Source: a virus
Lineage: Duplodnaviria; Heunggongvirae; Uroviricota; Caudoviricetes
Reading direction: 5' to 3' (one strand)
IMG/VR virus record: IMGVR_UViG_3300027798_000013
DNA length: 64,000 bases
Shown: positions 26,580-35,990 of the stretch, piece after piece
Position numbering within the stretch: the stretch's first letter is position 1
Layout: the number at the start of each line of letters is the position of its first letter
Made by a program: the position numbers and the translations under genes
The notes under the pieces: generated by a model
Told to the model about the DNA's origin: nothing
Databases searched by the model: none
Seen by the model: the letters and a program-made list of their open reading frames with translations, nothing else

Positions 26580-29279
26580 ATGGATTTGAAAGCACTTTTA
26601 AATAAATTAGATACTATTGACCAACGACAAGTGTTGTTGGAAAGTGCCACCATGATCGATGAAGTGTTAACTGCTGATTTACAATTATTAAAAGAATCAT
26701 ATATTGCTTTAATGGAGCGAGTTCGCAGAAAAGAACTAGAAGCCATAGCAAACATACAAGATGCCGGAGTACGTAGAAAACAGCTTGGGCAATTGGCAAT
26801 AAGAAACGACTATCCAGGATTATTTGATCCAGTCAACGGTAAGTGGGTAGATGCCAAGGGCGATTATGCTTGGTTTGGTCCGTACAAAGCTGAAGTTGAA
26901 CAGATGGAAAAAGACGGACTAGTTCCTGACATTGCAAAGACCAGTGCATTTTTTGGATTGATGGGCAAGGACGAGGGTGAAGCATTCAAAGCCAGCAACG
27001 TAAATCGTACCAAGTATGACCTAATCGATGATGCAGAAGACATTATTACTCAAGCATTAAAAAGCAAAGCTGTTCGATATGATGAGTCTGCTCCACAGGG
27101 CAAACTTGCTCAGGCATTAACAGAAGGCTTTGGTTATACATTTACTCCTTTGAAAGAAAGTATCACCGTTGACCAAGCTAAAAAATTATACGGAATAATT
27201 GACATACTTGCTAAGGATGCAAAATACGCCGACGACAAAGAAGTACAAGAGTTACTTACCAAATATCAAGAATACAAAAAATATAGAACTGTGTTAGTCA
27301 CAGCTATACAGTCAGCTATAACTGAATTGAAAGCCATACTAAACCCAGTAGCTACCCCAGTTAATGAATCAAAACAATATTTAAAAGAACAAGTATATCT
27401 TATTGAAACTGAAAACGACACTATCAGTGCAGTACACATTTACTATGATGCCAATGGAAACCCTGTTGAATACATCATTACAGAAGATGTTGAAGCATTG
27501 GGCAGAGGTGTGTTGGCAGGATTGACATTTGGTTGGGGCGACAATGCTATTGCCAAAATGATATCCACATACAAAGGTACAAAATACGGTGATGAATTAT
27601 TAAAACAATTGCAAGCCAGCGAAGCCGCAAAGAAACGTAGTCCTGTTTGGTACTACGGCGGACAAGCCGCTGGATCTATTGCTATTATTCCCGGAGGTGG
27701 CGGACTAGTTGCTGGCGCATTGAAAGTTGGCGGGGCAATGGCAGTACAAGCAGGAAGCGATGCATACATACGTACTCCGCACAATGCAAAATACGTTGGC
27801 GATGCGATGTCCAAACAAAAACCTGCTGATGCAGATGCAGTTAAAAAAGTACAAAAAGCGGCTGGTGCAGAACCAACTGGCGTATTGACTCCTGGTGATG
27901 CAAATGCTGTTGCACAACAAGGCACAGCTATTACCAAAACATCAGCAACTATGAGTTCAAAAACTGATCCAGCTGAAGTTGCAGAGGGTGGTGCTGAACA
28001 ACAGGCCGCTATGAAGGAATTCTTTGCCAAAGTTGGTGTTAAGAACTTAGAAGAATTAAAAACCAAAATGCCGAGAGATCTTAATCAAGCCGGCGAGTAT
28101 GTGGCAAAGATACTGGGTATTACTTCTCAGGCTCCTGTCGCTAATGAATCCATAATCTATTCAAGCATGACTGATACAGAACGCATGTCTTACTTGCGTG
28201 ACAAATTATCACAGCTAGATGAAGCTGGTCTTCCTTTAGGTGCGTTAGGTCGATTTGGGGCAAGATTTGGTATCGCTACTGCTGAAGGTAAGGCATTGTT
28301 TGCATTGGAAAAAATAATTGGAAAACAAGCAGACGAAGTTGTTATTGCCGCAGCCAGTACTCGACTTGGGCCTAGATTTGTAGATCCCGGTAATTGGAAG
28401 ATGATTCCAGGAACAGAAGGCAAGGTCTGGAAAAATACAACCACTGGCCAACAGACAGATGTAGTAACATTAACAAAACAAGCGGAAAAAGATTGGAAAT
28501 TGTTAGGTAAACCCGCACCTCCAGCACCAGCACCAGCACCTGCTCCAGCACCTGCTCCAGCACCAGCACCAGCACCTGCTCCAGCACCTGGGCCAGGAGC
28601 AGTAACATTCAATGCTGGTAAACAAGTTGCATCTGCTGAAATACAAGGTGTAAAATATGTTAAAGACAAAGCCGGCAATTGGTTTAGAGCAGAAGCTAAT
28701 GGTACGTTTACACAAGTTACAAAAAACAAGCTACTAACTAAGTTAGCGGCCGCTGAAGTTAAAACTCCTTTAATGGCAAGAATGGCTGGAAAATTTCCAA
28801 AGACTGTGGTCGCACTAGGTGCAATTGGAGCAGTTGCTAAATTTGGTTGGAATTATAAATGGTGGTTGGTTATGGCCGGGCTTGTGGCCGGTGCTTACTT
28901 TGTAAATCAAGATACCACCAACGGTCCTGAAGGTAACGGTAACAGCGATGGTCAACGAGTTGAAAAACCAGAAGAAACTGAAGCTAGACTAAAAAGAGAA
29001 GCTGAAGCAAAAGAAAAAGAAGCCGCTGAAAAGAAAGCCACCGCTGAAAAAACAAGCAAGATTCAAGCCAATGGTGCTAAATTACAAAAACTAATTACAG
29101 AATTGGTTAACATGTATCCAGTTGATGATATCACTAATGAATTAAAAACTCAGGTAGACGAATTATTCAAACAAGCCAACTACACACCAACTGGTATGGG
29201 ATCCGGTGACGCGGCCAAAGCCGCAGATACTACCAAGCGTAAACCCACTGGTGACGGCTGGTTAAACGCCAAGTATTAA
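26580..29279 (+). CDS. Large modular protein with Pro-Ala linker and C-proximal TM segment (possible ejection protein)
   Basis: 899 aa; hydrophobic Gly/Ala helices; [15 protein letters not shown]; many xxE-S sites. Confidence 0.7.
   Translation: [899 protein letters not shown]
28512..28595 (+). repeat. Hexamer-like tandem repeat (GCACCA/GCACCT/GCTCCA) encoding (PA)n
   Basis: [28 protein letters not shown]. Confidence 0.9.
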
Positions 29280-29286
29280 TTAATAA

Positions 29287-29312
29287 AAATGGCAGATTAA
29301 TTTCTGCCATTT
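29287..29312 (+). terminator. Terminator-like hairpin ending the late block
   Basis: AAATGGCAGA-TTAATT-TCTGCCATTT. Confidence 0.7.
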
Positions 29313-29325
29313 CCACCTCTAAAGG

Positions 29326-29354
29326 TTGCATTACACAGATAATTAGTATATAAT
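29326..29354 (+). promoter_or_regulatory. sigma70-type promoter
   Basis: TTGCAT-N17-TATAAT. Confidence 0.7.
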
Positions 29355-29378
29355 TAGGCTATAGTTAAGGAGACTTAC

Positions 29379-29636
29379 ATGTCAGGACGTTCATACGGTG
29401 CAGAAGAAAAGGCAAAACTAGAAAGATTGATTAGTGAAGGTTCTACAGTGCTTCGCGAAATTGAAGATTTATCAGAAGGCTTGAAAGAAACAGTTAAGGC
29501 AGTGGCAGAAGAACTCAATGTAAAACCCAGCGTTATCAATCGTGCTATCAAAATTGCACACAAGGGCGACTGGACTGCGCATAACGAAGATTGGGCAGAA
29601 ATTGAAGCTATTTTAGATATTACAAAACGTATCTAA
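29379..29636 (+). CDS. T4 DsbA-like double-stranded DNA-binding protein
   Basis: 85 aa; pattern L..LI.E......I......K......EEL.V.....NR.I...HK resembles phage DsbA/GapR-like proteins. Confidence 0.65.
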   Translation: MSGRSYGAEEKAKLERLISEGSTVLREIEDLSEGLKETVKAVAEELNVKPSVINRAIKIAHKGDWTAHNEDWAEIEAILDITKRI

Positions 29637-29710
29637 TAAATATTGTACGAAAGGTCGGCGGGCCATAAACCGCAAGTAGGTATTTGCAAGCCGTAAATTG
29701 CATATGGAGA
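29637..29710 (+). promoter_or_regulatory. Polymerase leader: TAAATA motif and two hairpins with near-identical 8-nt loops before the SD
   Basis: GCGG-GCCATAAA-CCGC (29658-29673) and TGCAA-GCCGTAAA-TTGCA (29685-29702); GGAGA at 29706. Confidence 0.55.
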
Positions 29711-29714
29711 ATAA

Positions 29715-32384
29715 ATGAGCTATGTAGACGCATGGTTTGACCGTAATAACGATGTTATTAAAGTTGTCGAACGCAACAAAAAAGGTGAAAGGGAATTTAG
29801 AGACATTCCTGTACGCCACACATTTTACTATAAAGACGCCCGTGGAAAGTATCTTTCAATTTACGGTGACGCTCTAAGCAAAGTTGTAGTTAAGAGCACA
29901 AAAGAATTACGCAAAGAACAAGCAATCAATTCAGGTAAGCAATTATTTGAAAGTGATATCAATCCAATCTTTGTAACACTGAGCGAAAACTATCTAAATG
30001 CAGACCCTCCCAAACTAAACGTAGCGTTTTTCGACATCGAAGTAGACTTTGATCCAGAACGTGGCTACAGCACACCAGATGATGCGTTCATGCCTATCAC
30101 TGCTATCGCTGTTCACTTACAATGGTTGGATACTATGGTGTGCTTGGCAGTTCCTCCAAAGACACTTACTATGGAAGAAGCCAAAGCAATGGTCGAAGAG
30201 TTTCCAAATACCATGTTGTTTAAAACAGAAGCGGAAATGTTGGATGTGTTTTTAGACCTGATCAAAGAAGCGGATATTTTAACTGGTTGGAACAGTGAAG
30301 GTTATGATATTCCGTACACAGTTAACCGTGTTACCAAAGCACTGAGCAAAGATGACACAAGACGTTTTTGTTTGTTTGATCAATATCCCAAACGTCGTGA
30401 ATATGAAAAGTTTGGTCGCGATTCAGTTACATATGATTTAGTTGGGCGTGTGCATTTGGACAGTCTTGAACTGTATCGCAAGTACACATATGAAGAACGT
30501 CACAGTTATCGATTGGATGCTATTGCAGAATACGAGCTGGGCGAACGTAAAACACAATACGAAGGCACACTGGATCAACTTTACAATCATGATTTTAAAA
30601 AGTTCATTGAATACAACAGACAAGACTGTGCGCTTCTTGATCGCTTAGACAAGAAGCTGAAATTCCTTGACCTTGCCAACACACTGGCACATGAAAATAC
30701 TGTGCTGTTACAAACCACAATGGGTGCTGTTGCAGTGACTGAACAGGCCATTATTAACGAAGCACACAGACGTAACATGCAAGTGCCTAATCGTACTAAG
30801 ATGGACGACCGTGAAGAAAACACAGCGGCCGCAGGTGCGTATGTTGCTTATCCCAAAGAAGGCATACATGACTGGATTGGTTCGCTGGACATCAACAGTC
30901 TTTATCCCAGTGCTATTCGTGCGCTGAACATGGGTCCGGAGACTATTATTGGACAATTGCGTCAAACAATGACTCAAGAGTACATTGATAACAAGATGGC
31001 AAAAGGTTCTAGCTTTGCGGCATCGTGGGAAGGTGTATTTGGATCACTGGAATATACCGCAGTAATGAATCAAGAGATTGGTACTGACATTACTATTGAT
31101 TGGGAGAATGGTCAAACTGATGTTATTAGTGCGGCTGAAGTATACAAGTTGATCTTTGATAGTCACCAGCCCTGGGTACTCAGTGCCAACGGCACTATCT
31201 TTACTTATGAAAAGGAAGGCGTTATTCCTGGCTTGTTAAAGCGTTGGTATGCTGAACGTAAAGAGATGCAGGCCAAACTCAAAGACTGTATTAAGACTGG
31301 CAACAAAATTGAAGAAGAGTACTGGGACAAACGACAGTTGGTTAAGAAGATTAACTTGAACAGTTTGTATGGTGCTATTTTGAATCCCGGTTGTAGATTC
31401 TTTGACAAGCGTATTGGACAGTCAACTACATTGACTGGTCGGCAAATTGTTAAACACATGGCGGCCAAAGTAAATGAAATTGTTGCTGGTGATTATGATT
31501 ACCGAGGTAAAGCAATTATCTATGGTGATACTGACAGTTGTTATTTTTCAGCATACACTACACTAAAGAAAGATATCGATTCTGGCAACATCGAATGGAC
31601 CAAAGAAAATGTAATTCAACTATATGATAATATTAGCGAAGAAGTTAACACAACTTTTCCGCAGTTTATGTTGGATACGTTTCACGTGCCAAAAACACGC
31701 GGTGAAGTTATCAAAGCAGGTCGTGAAATCGTTGGTAGTAAGAGTTTGTTTATTACTAAAAAGCGTTATGCCGTGCTGTACTATGACAAGGAAGGCAAAC
31801 GGGCAGACGTAGATGGTAAACCTGGCAAGATCAAGGCCATGGGCTTGGATCTGAAGCGTAGTGATACGCCGGAATTTATTCAGAACTTTTTAAGTGATGT
31901 ACTTGAAAAGGTCTTGACAGGAACCACCGAAAAAGATGTATTAGCACACATCAGTGAATTTAGATTGAGATTTAAAAGTAGGCCGGGTTGGGAGAAAGGC
32001 AGTCCCAAACGTGCCAACAAAGTTACTGAATATCAAGCTAAAGAAGCCAATGCGGGTAAAGCTAACATGCCGGGACATGTTCGTGCTAGCATTAACTGGA
32101 ATACATTAAAACGTATGTTCGGTGACAAATACAGCATGAACATCACAGACGGTCAAAAAGTTATTGTTTGCAAACTAAAACAAAATCCCATGGGGTTTAC
32201 ATCAGTGGCATATCCCGTGGATGAATTACGTTTGCCACAATGGTTTAAAGACTTGCCGTTTGATCACGCTGAAATGGAACAAACTATTATCGATAACAAA
32301 TTAGATAACCTAATTGGCGTATTGAAATGGGACGTTCGTAGCACTGAAGAAAAGAATACCTTTAATAGTTTATTTGAGTTCTAA
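29715..32384 (+). CDS. polB: Family B DNA polymerase (T4 gp43-like) with 3'-5' exonuclease
   Basis: FDIEVD, TGWNSEGYDIPY, LDINSLYPS, KINLNSLYG, YGDTDS, KKRY. Confidence 0.97.
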   Translation: MSYVDAWFDRNNDVIKVVERNKKGEREFRDIPVRHTFYYKDARGKYLSIYGDALSKVVVKSTKELRKEQAINSGKQLFESDINPIFVTLSENYLNADPPKLNVAFFDIEVDFDPERGYSTPDDAFMPITAIAVHLQWLDTMVCLAVPPKTLTMEEAKAMVEEFPNTMLFKTEAEMLDVFLDLIKEADILTGWNSEGYDIPYTVNRVTKALSKDDTRRFCLFDQYPKRREYEKFGRDSVTYDLVGRVHLDSLELYRKYTYEERHSYRLDAIAEYELGERKTQYEGTLDQLYNHDFKKFIEYNRQDCALLDRLDKKLKFLDLANTLAHENTVLLQTTMGAVAVTEQAIINEAHRRNMQVPNRTKMDDREENTAAAGAYVAYPKEGIHDWIGSLDINSLYPSAIRALNMGPETIIGQLRQTMTQEYIDNKMAKGSSFAASWEGVFGSLEYTAVMNQEIGTDITIDWENGQTDVISAAEVYKLIFDSHQPWVLSANGTIFTYEKEGVIPGLLKRWYAERKEMQAKLKDCIKTGNKIEEEYWDKRQLVKKINLNSLYGAILNPGCRFFDKRIGQSTTLTGRQIVKHMAAKVNEIVAGDYDYRGKAIIYGDTDSCYFSAYTTLKKDIDSGNIEWTKENVIQLYDNISEEVNTTFPQFMLDTFHVPKTRGEVIKAGREIVGSKSLFITKKRYAVLYYDKEGKRADVDGKPGKIKAMGLDLKRSDTPEFIQNFLSDVLEKVLTGTTEKDVLAHISEFRLRFKSRPGWEKGSPKRANKVTEYQAKEANAGKANMPGHVRASINWNTLKRMFGDKYSMNITDGQKVIVCKLKQNPMGFTSVAYPVDELRLPQWFKDLPFDHAEMEQTIIDNKLDNLIGVLKWDVRSTEEKNTFNSLFEF

Positions 32385-32385
32385 T

Positions 32386-33159
32386 ATGAAAATAATAATT
32401 GCAGGATACGGATTTGTTGGAAAGGCAGTGGCCAGTGCGTTGCAAACCAAACACGAACTGGTCATTATCGATCCAAAATATAACAGTAATCGAATCACTG
32501 ACCATATAGATGCAGATGGCATTATTGTTTGTGTATCTACTCCAACTACTGAAAATGGAATTTGTGATGCGAACAACATTGCCAATGTGTTAGATCATGT
32601 TCCATTTTTCATGCCTGTTATGATTAAAAGCACATTGACTCCTCCTAACGTGCAGGGCTTTAAAGAAGTTTACGAAAATCACAGCATTGTTTACAGTCCA
32701 GAATTTTTGCGGGCCAACAGTGCTGAGGCGGATTTTGTTAATCAAAAATACATTATTGTGGGCGGAGAAGATCCAGAAGGATTTTGGCACGAATTATTCA
32801 CCACTACATTGCCTAATTGCAAAATGATTTTTCAATGCAGTGAAGAAGAGGCATGCATGATCAAATATACTGTGAATTGTTTTCTTGCTCTCAAGGCCAG
32901 TTACTTTAATCAAATAGCTGATATTTGTGATAACAACAAAATGGACTACGATATTGTAAGACATATTGTAGGTCAGGATACACGCATTGGAGCAGGACAT
33001 ACACTGGTTCCAGGGCCAGATGGACAGCGAGGATGGGGAGGTGCATGTTTTCCCAAAGATACTGAAGCATTTTTAAAGTGGTCTAACACAATTGGAATGC
33101 CAGCAACATTGGTAGAATCATCTATCCAATACAACAATAAAGTAAGAAAAAACTCTTGA
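32386..33159 (+). CDS. ugd: UDP-glucose/GDP-mannose 6-dehydrogenase-like protein, short form
   Basis: IAGYGFVG, VCVSTP, IKST, YSPEFL, K..N.FLA, GWGGACFPKD; start reassigned to 32386. Confidence 0.85.
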   Translation: MKIIIAGYGFVGKAVASALQTKHELVIIDPKYNSNRITDHIDADGIIVCVSTPTTENGICDANNIANVLDHVPFFMPVMIKSTLTPPNVQGFKEVYENHSIVYSPEFLRANSAEADFVNQKYIIVGGEDPEGFWHELFTTTLPNCKMIFQCSEEEACMIKYTVNCFLALKASYFNQIADICDNNKMDYDIVRHIVGQDTRIGAGHTLVPGPDGQRGWGGACFPKDTEAFLKWSNTIGMPATLVESSIQYNNKVRKNS

Positions 33160-33184
33160 CTTTAAACAAAAACCTAAATATAAT
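33156..33184 (+). promoter_or_regulatory. Composite promoter: sigma70 with embedded TAAATA
   Basis: TTGACT-N17-TATAAT; TAAATA at 33175-33180. Confidence 0.75.
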
Positions 33185-33202
33185 ACACATAAGGAGATTC
33201 AT

Positions 33203-33934
33203 ATGAAAGATATTTTACAGGACTTAGTAGCACACACGCATAGTCTAGGATTTTTACCGCTAGTTAAAATTTCTAGCACAGACCAAGAAACAGTTATCGA
33301 AGGCATGGCAGAAGACCGTAGCGTTATTTTGCAGGCCAAAACAAATGCGCCCGTCAGTAATTTTGAAGGCACGTTTGGTATGCCTAACTTGAACAAGTTG
33401 GATTTGCATTTGAAGTGTCCCGAATACAAAGAAGGCGCAAGCATTGAAGTGGTTACACAACAACGCAACGGCGAAGATATCCCAACAGGCCTGCATTTTG
33501 AAAATGCATTTGGCGACTTTAAAAACGACTATCGTTTTATGAATGCTGAAATTATCAATGAACAAATGAAAACTGTCAAGTTCAAAGGCGCAAGTTGGAA
33601 TATTGAATTCGAACCCACTGTGGCTAGTATTCAAAAGTTGAAATATCAAGCGGCCGCGCACACTGAAGAAACAACATTCCAAGTAACAACTAAGGATGAC
33701 AACTTGATTTTTAGTTTCGGTGATGCAACAACACACTCTGGTAATTTTGTATTCCAAGCAGGAGTTACTGGTAAACTAAAACAAACTTGGGCATGGCCAG
33801 TTAGTCAAGTACAAAGCATTTTGAACTTGAGCGGCGACTGCACAATGCGTATCAGTGATGCAGGTGCATTGCAAATTACAGTAAACAGTGGATTGGCTGA
33901 ATACAATTACATTTTGCCAGCACAAGCTAAATGA
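33203..33934 (+). CDS. Sliding clamp / polymerase processivity factor (gp45/PCNA-like)
   Basis: 243 aa, alternating beta-rich pattern; replication context with polB and clamp loader. Confidence 0.65.
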   Translation: MKDILQDLVAHTHSLGFLPLVKISSTDQETVIEGMAEDRSVILQAKTNAPVSNFEGTFGMPNLNKLDLHLKCPEYKEGASIEVVTQQRNGEDIPTGLHFENAFGDFKNDYRFMNAEIINEQMKTVKFKGASWNIEFEPTVASIQKLKYQAAAHTEETTFQVTTKDDNLIFSFGDATTHSGNFVFQAGVTGKLKQTWAWPVSQVQSILNLSGDCTMRISDAGALQITVNSGLAEYNYILPAQAK

Positions 33935-34095
33935 GCCAAGTAGATCCAAAAATACTCGAATTGGAAAGACAGATACAGTTCTTGAAGGAACAAGTTATTC
34001 GTCTTTCTACTCGTGTAGAGTATTTAGATAGAGAACGAGTTCGTTCAAAAAATGAGATAGGTCAGATCGTGCATGAAGTACGATCACGGAAATAG
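33931..34095 (+). CDS. Small coiled-coil protein, 54 aa (not in ORF track)
   Basis: MSQVDPKILELERQIQFLKEQVIRLSTRVEYLDRER...; ATGA overlap. Confidence 0.65.
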   Translation: MSQVDPKILELERQIQFLKEQVIRLSTRVEYLDRERVRSKNEIGQIVHEVRSRK

Positions 34096-34096
34096 A

Positions 34097-34300
34097 ATGG
34101 AAACTAAAAAAAGAACAGTGGTGAGAATGCTTACATACCGGTTAACGGCATGGTTGTTCACTATCGTCTGGACATATTTGTTCACAGAAGATATTACTAG
34201 TGCTACAGGATTTGCCACAGCATTACATGTTCTTTTAAGTGTAGACTATTATATTCATGAAAGAATTTGGTTAAAAATAAAGTGGGGCAAAATTGAATAA
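34097..34300 (+). CDS. DUF2061-like small membrane protein
   Basis: METKKRTVVRMLTYR...YYIHERIW.KIKWG; start reassigned to 34097. Confidence 0.7.
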   Translation: METKKRTVVRMLTYRLTAWLFTIVWTYLFTEDITSATGFATALHVLLSVDYYIHERIWLKIKWGKIE

Positions 34301-35990
34301 GAACCTAACAGCACATCAGAGCGATTACGCATACTTCTTGCCAGCAACAAGTGGTTTTTACAGCACGTACATAGGTAAACAGCGTTACAGCAACTATGTG
34401 GATCCTGCTCGTATTCCTGCGAGCTTTGGCCCTATGGGCGTTGAAGCTATGAACTATTTGAATCCCAATGCGGCATTTTACTTTGACCATTGTTTGTATT
34501 CAGCTGGACATGCTAACTTGGACTTGACTAAACCAGACCCGAGTGAAGATATGTTTCGTAATAGAGACCGTAGCACCAGTTGGGTGCTAGGCGACTCTGG
34601 AGGTTTTCAGATTGGTAAAGGTGTGTGGGAAGGCGAATGGAATGATCCAACTGGGCCAGTAGTTGCACAACGTATGGCCGAAGCAGTTGCAAAAGGCATT
34701 GAACTAGTGCCACAAATGCATCCAACTGGTCATCCTAAAACAGATAAAAATGGCAATCCCAAGTATACTAAAGTTGATCATGTTAAAGTGTATCAAGCCA
34801 AACTGGATGCGGCACAAAAGAAACGTGAACAAGTATTAACTTGGATGGATGCTCTCATGGACTATGGCATGGTGCTTGACATTCCAGCATGGGTCGGTCG
34901 CAGTCCGGTTGGTGCTAAGAATAGTGGAGTTGCCAGTTACGACCAAGCTGTTAGTGCAACCAAATACAATAACGAGTACTTTATTAAACATCGTACAGGT
35001 GCTTGTAAGTTTTTAAATGTATTACAGGGCGAGAATCACGCACAGGCAGAAGATTGGTATCAGCAAATGAAAGACTTTTCCGATCCAACAAAATATGAAC
35101 GTCCGTTCAATGGTTGGGCCATGGGTGGCCAAAACATGTGTGATGTGGATTTAGTTTTAAGAAGATTAGTGGCATTGAAGTTCGATGGACTCCTTGAAAA
35201 GGGTCATCAAGACTGGATGCACTTCCTAGGCACCTCTAAGTTAGAGTGGGCATTGTTATTAACTGACATACAACGAGCTATAAGGAAATATCATAATGAA
35301 AACTTTACCATCTCTTTTGACTGCGCCTCACCGTTCCTTGCCACAGCAAACGGTCAAATCTATGTCCAAACAGAAATCAAAGACAGAGAAAAATGGCTCT
35401 ACCGAATGTTGCCGTCTCTTGATGACAAAAAGTACAGCCAAGATACACGACTCTTCCAAGATGTAGTTGTTCAGGATAAACACTTTATCAGTTTTACTAC
35501 AAGTCCAATGATGGACGGGGTAGAGGTTAAAGACATTTGTATCTACGGTCCAAATGACGTTAACAAAATTGGTAAGATAGGAAAGACCAGCTGGGATAGT
35601 TTTACTTACGCAATTATGATGGGTCATAATGTTTGGTTACATTTGAACAGCGTACAAGAAGCTAATCGCCAATATGATGCTGGACTATGCCCAAGTATGC
35701 TGGTAGATGAAAGATTCAATCGTACATACTTTAAAGATGTTGTCGATGCTATCTTTAGTACAGACGACAGAGCTATTGCTGAAGGGATTATCGAAGCATA
35801 TAGTAAATTTTGGATGGCTATTCCCGGCACACGTGGTGCCATTGGTAAGAAAACAGTTAACGCTAGTACTATGTTTTCCACTCTCTTTGACGAAGTAGAG
35901 GAAGATAGTGTACAATTAGAAGAAGAAGTAGATTTTGACACTGATAAATTAGATGACTTGGAAGCACAATTACATCATGACATTACCTGA
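34293..35990 (+). CDS. dpdA: TGT-fold guanine transglycosylase, DpdA-like (7-deazaguanine insertion into DNA)
   Basis: DSGGFQ, VLDIP, NVLQG, AMGG, HFLGTS, SFDCASP align with TGT active-site motifs; no tRNA-TGT CxCxxC zinc motif; folE and queE are nearby. Confidence 0.75.
   Translation: MNKNLTAHQSDYAYFLPATSGFYSTYIGKQRYSNYVDPARIPASFGPMGVEAMNYLNPNAAFYFDHCLYSAGHANLDLTKPDPSEDMFRNRDRSTSWVLGDSGGFQIGKGVWEGEWNDPTGPVVAQRMAEAVAKGIELVPQMHPTGHPKTDKNGNPKYTKVDHVKVYQAKLDAAQKKREQVLTWMDALMDYGMVLDIPAWVGRSPVGAKNSGVASYDQAVSATKYNNEYFIKHRTGACKFLNVLQGENHAQAEDWYQQMKDFSDPTKYERPFNGWAMGGQNMCDVDLVLRRLVALKFDGLLEKGHQDWMHFLGTSKLEWALLLTDIQRAIRKYHNENFTISFDCASPFLATANGQIYVQTEIKDREKWLYRMLPSLDDKKYSQDTRLFQDVVVQDKHFISFTTSPMMDGVEVKDICIYGPNDVNKIGKIGKTSWDSFTYAIMMGHNVWLHLNSVQEANRQYDAGLCPSMLVDERFNRTYFKDVVDAIFSTDDRAIAEGIIEAYSKFWMAIPGTRGAIGKKTVNASTMFSTLFDEVEEDSVQLEEEVDFDTDKLDDLEAQLHHDIT

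Noticed and set aside
28512-28595. Pro-Ala repeat as a contingency locus or DGR-like variable region
   Set aside because: In-frame degenerate codon repeat encoding a linker; no reverse transcriptase or template/variable repeat pair in the window.
29715-32384. Intein or intron in the DNA polymerase
   Set aside because: One continuous 889-aa ORF with normally spaced motifs; no intein splice or LAGLIDADG signature seen.
34293-35990. Ordinary queuine tRNA-ribosyltransferase (tgt)
   Set aside because: Lacks the CxCxxC zinc motif, is much longer, and sits with replication genes; a DNA-acting DpdA fits better, though this is unproven.
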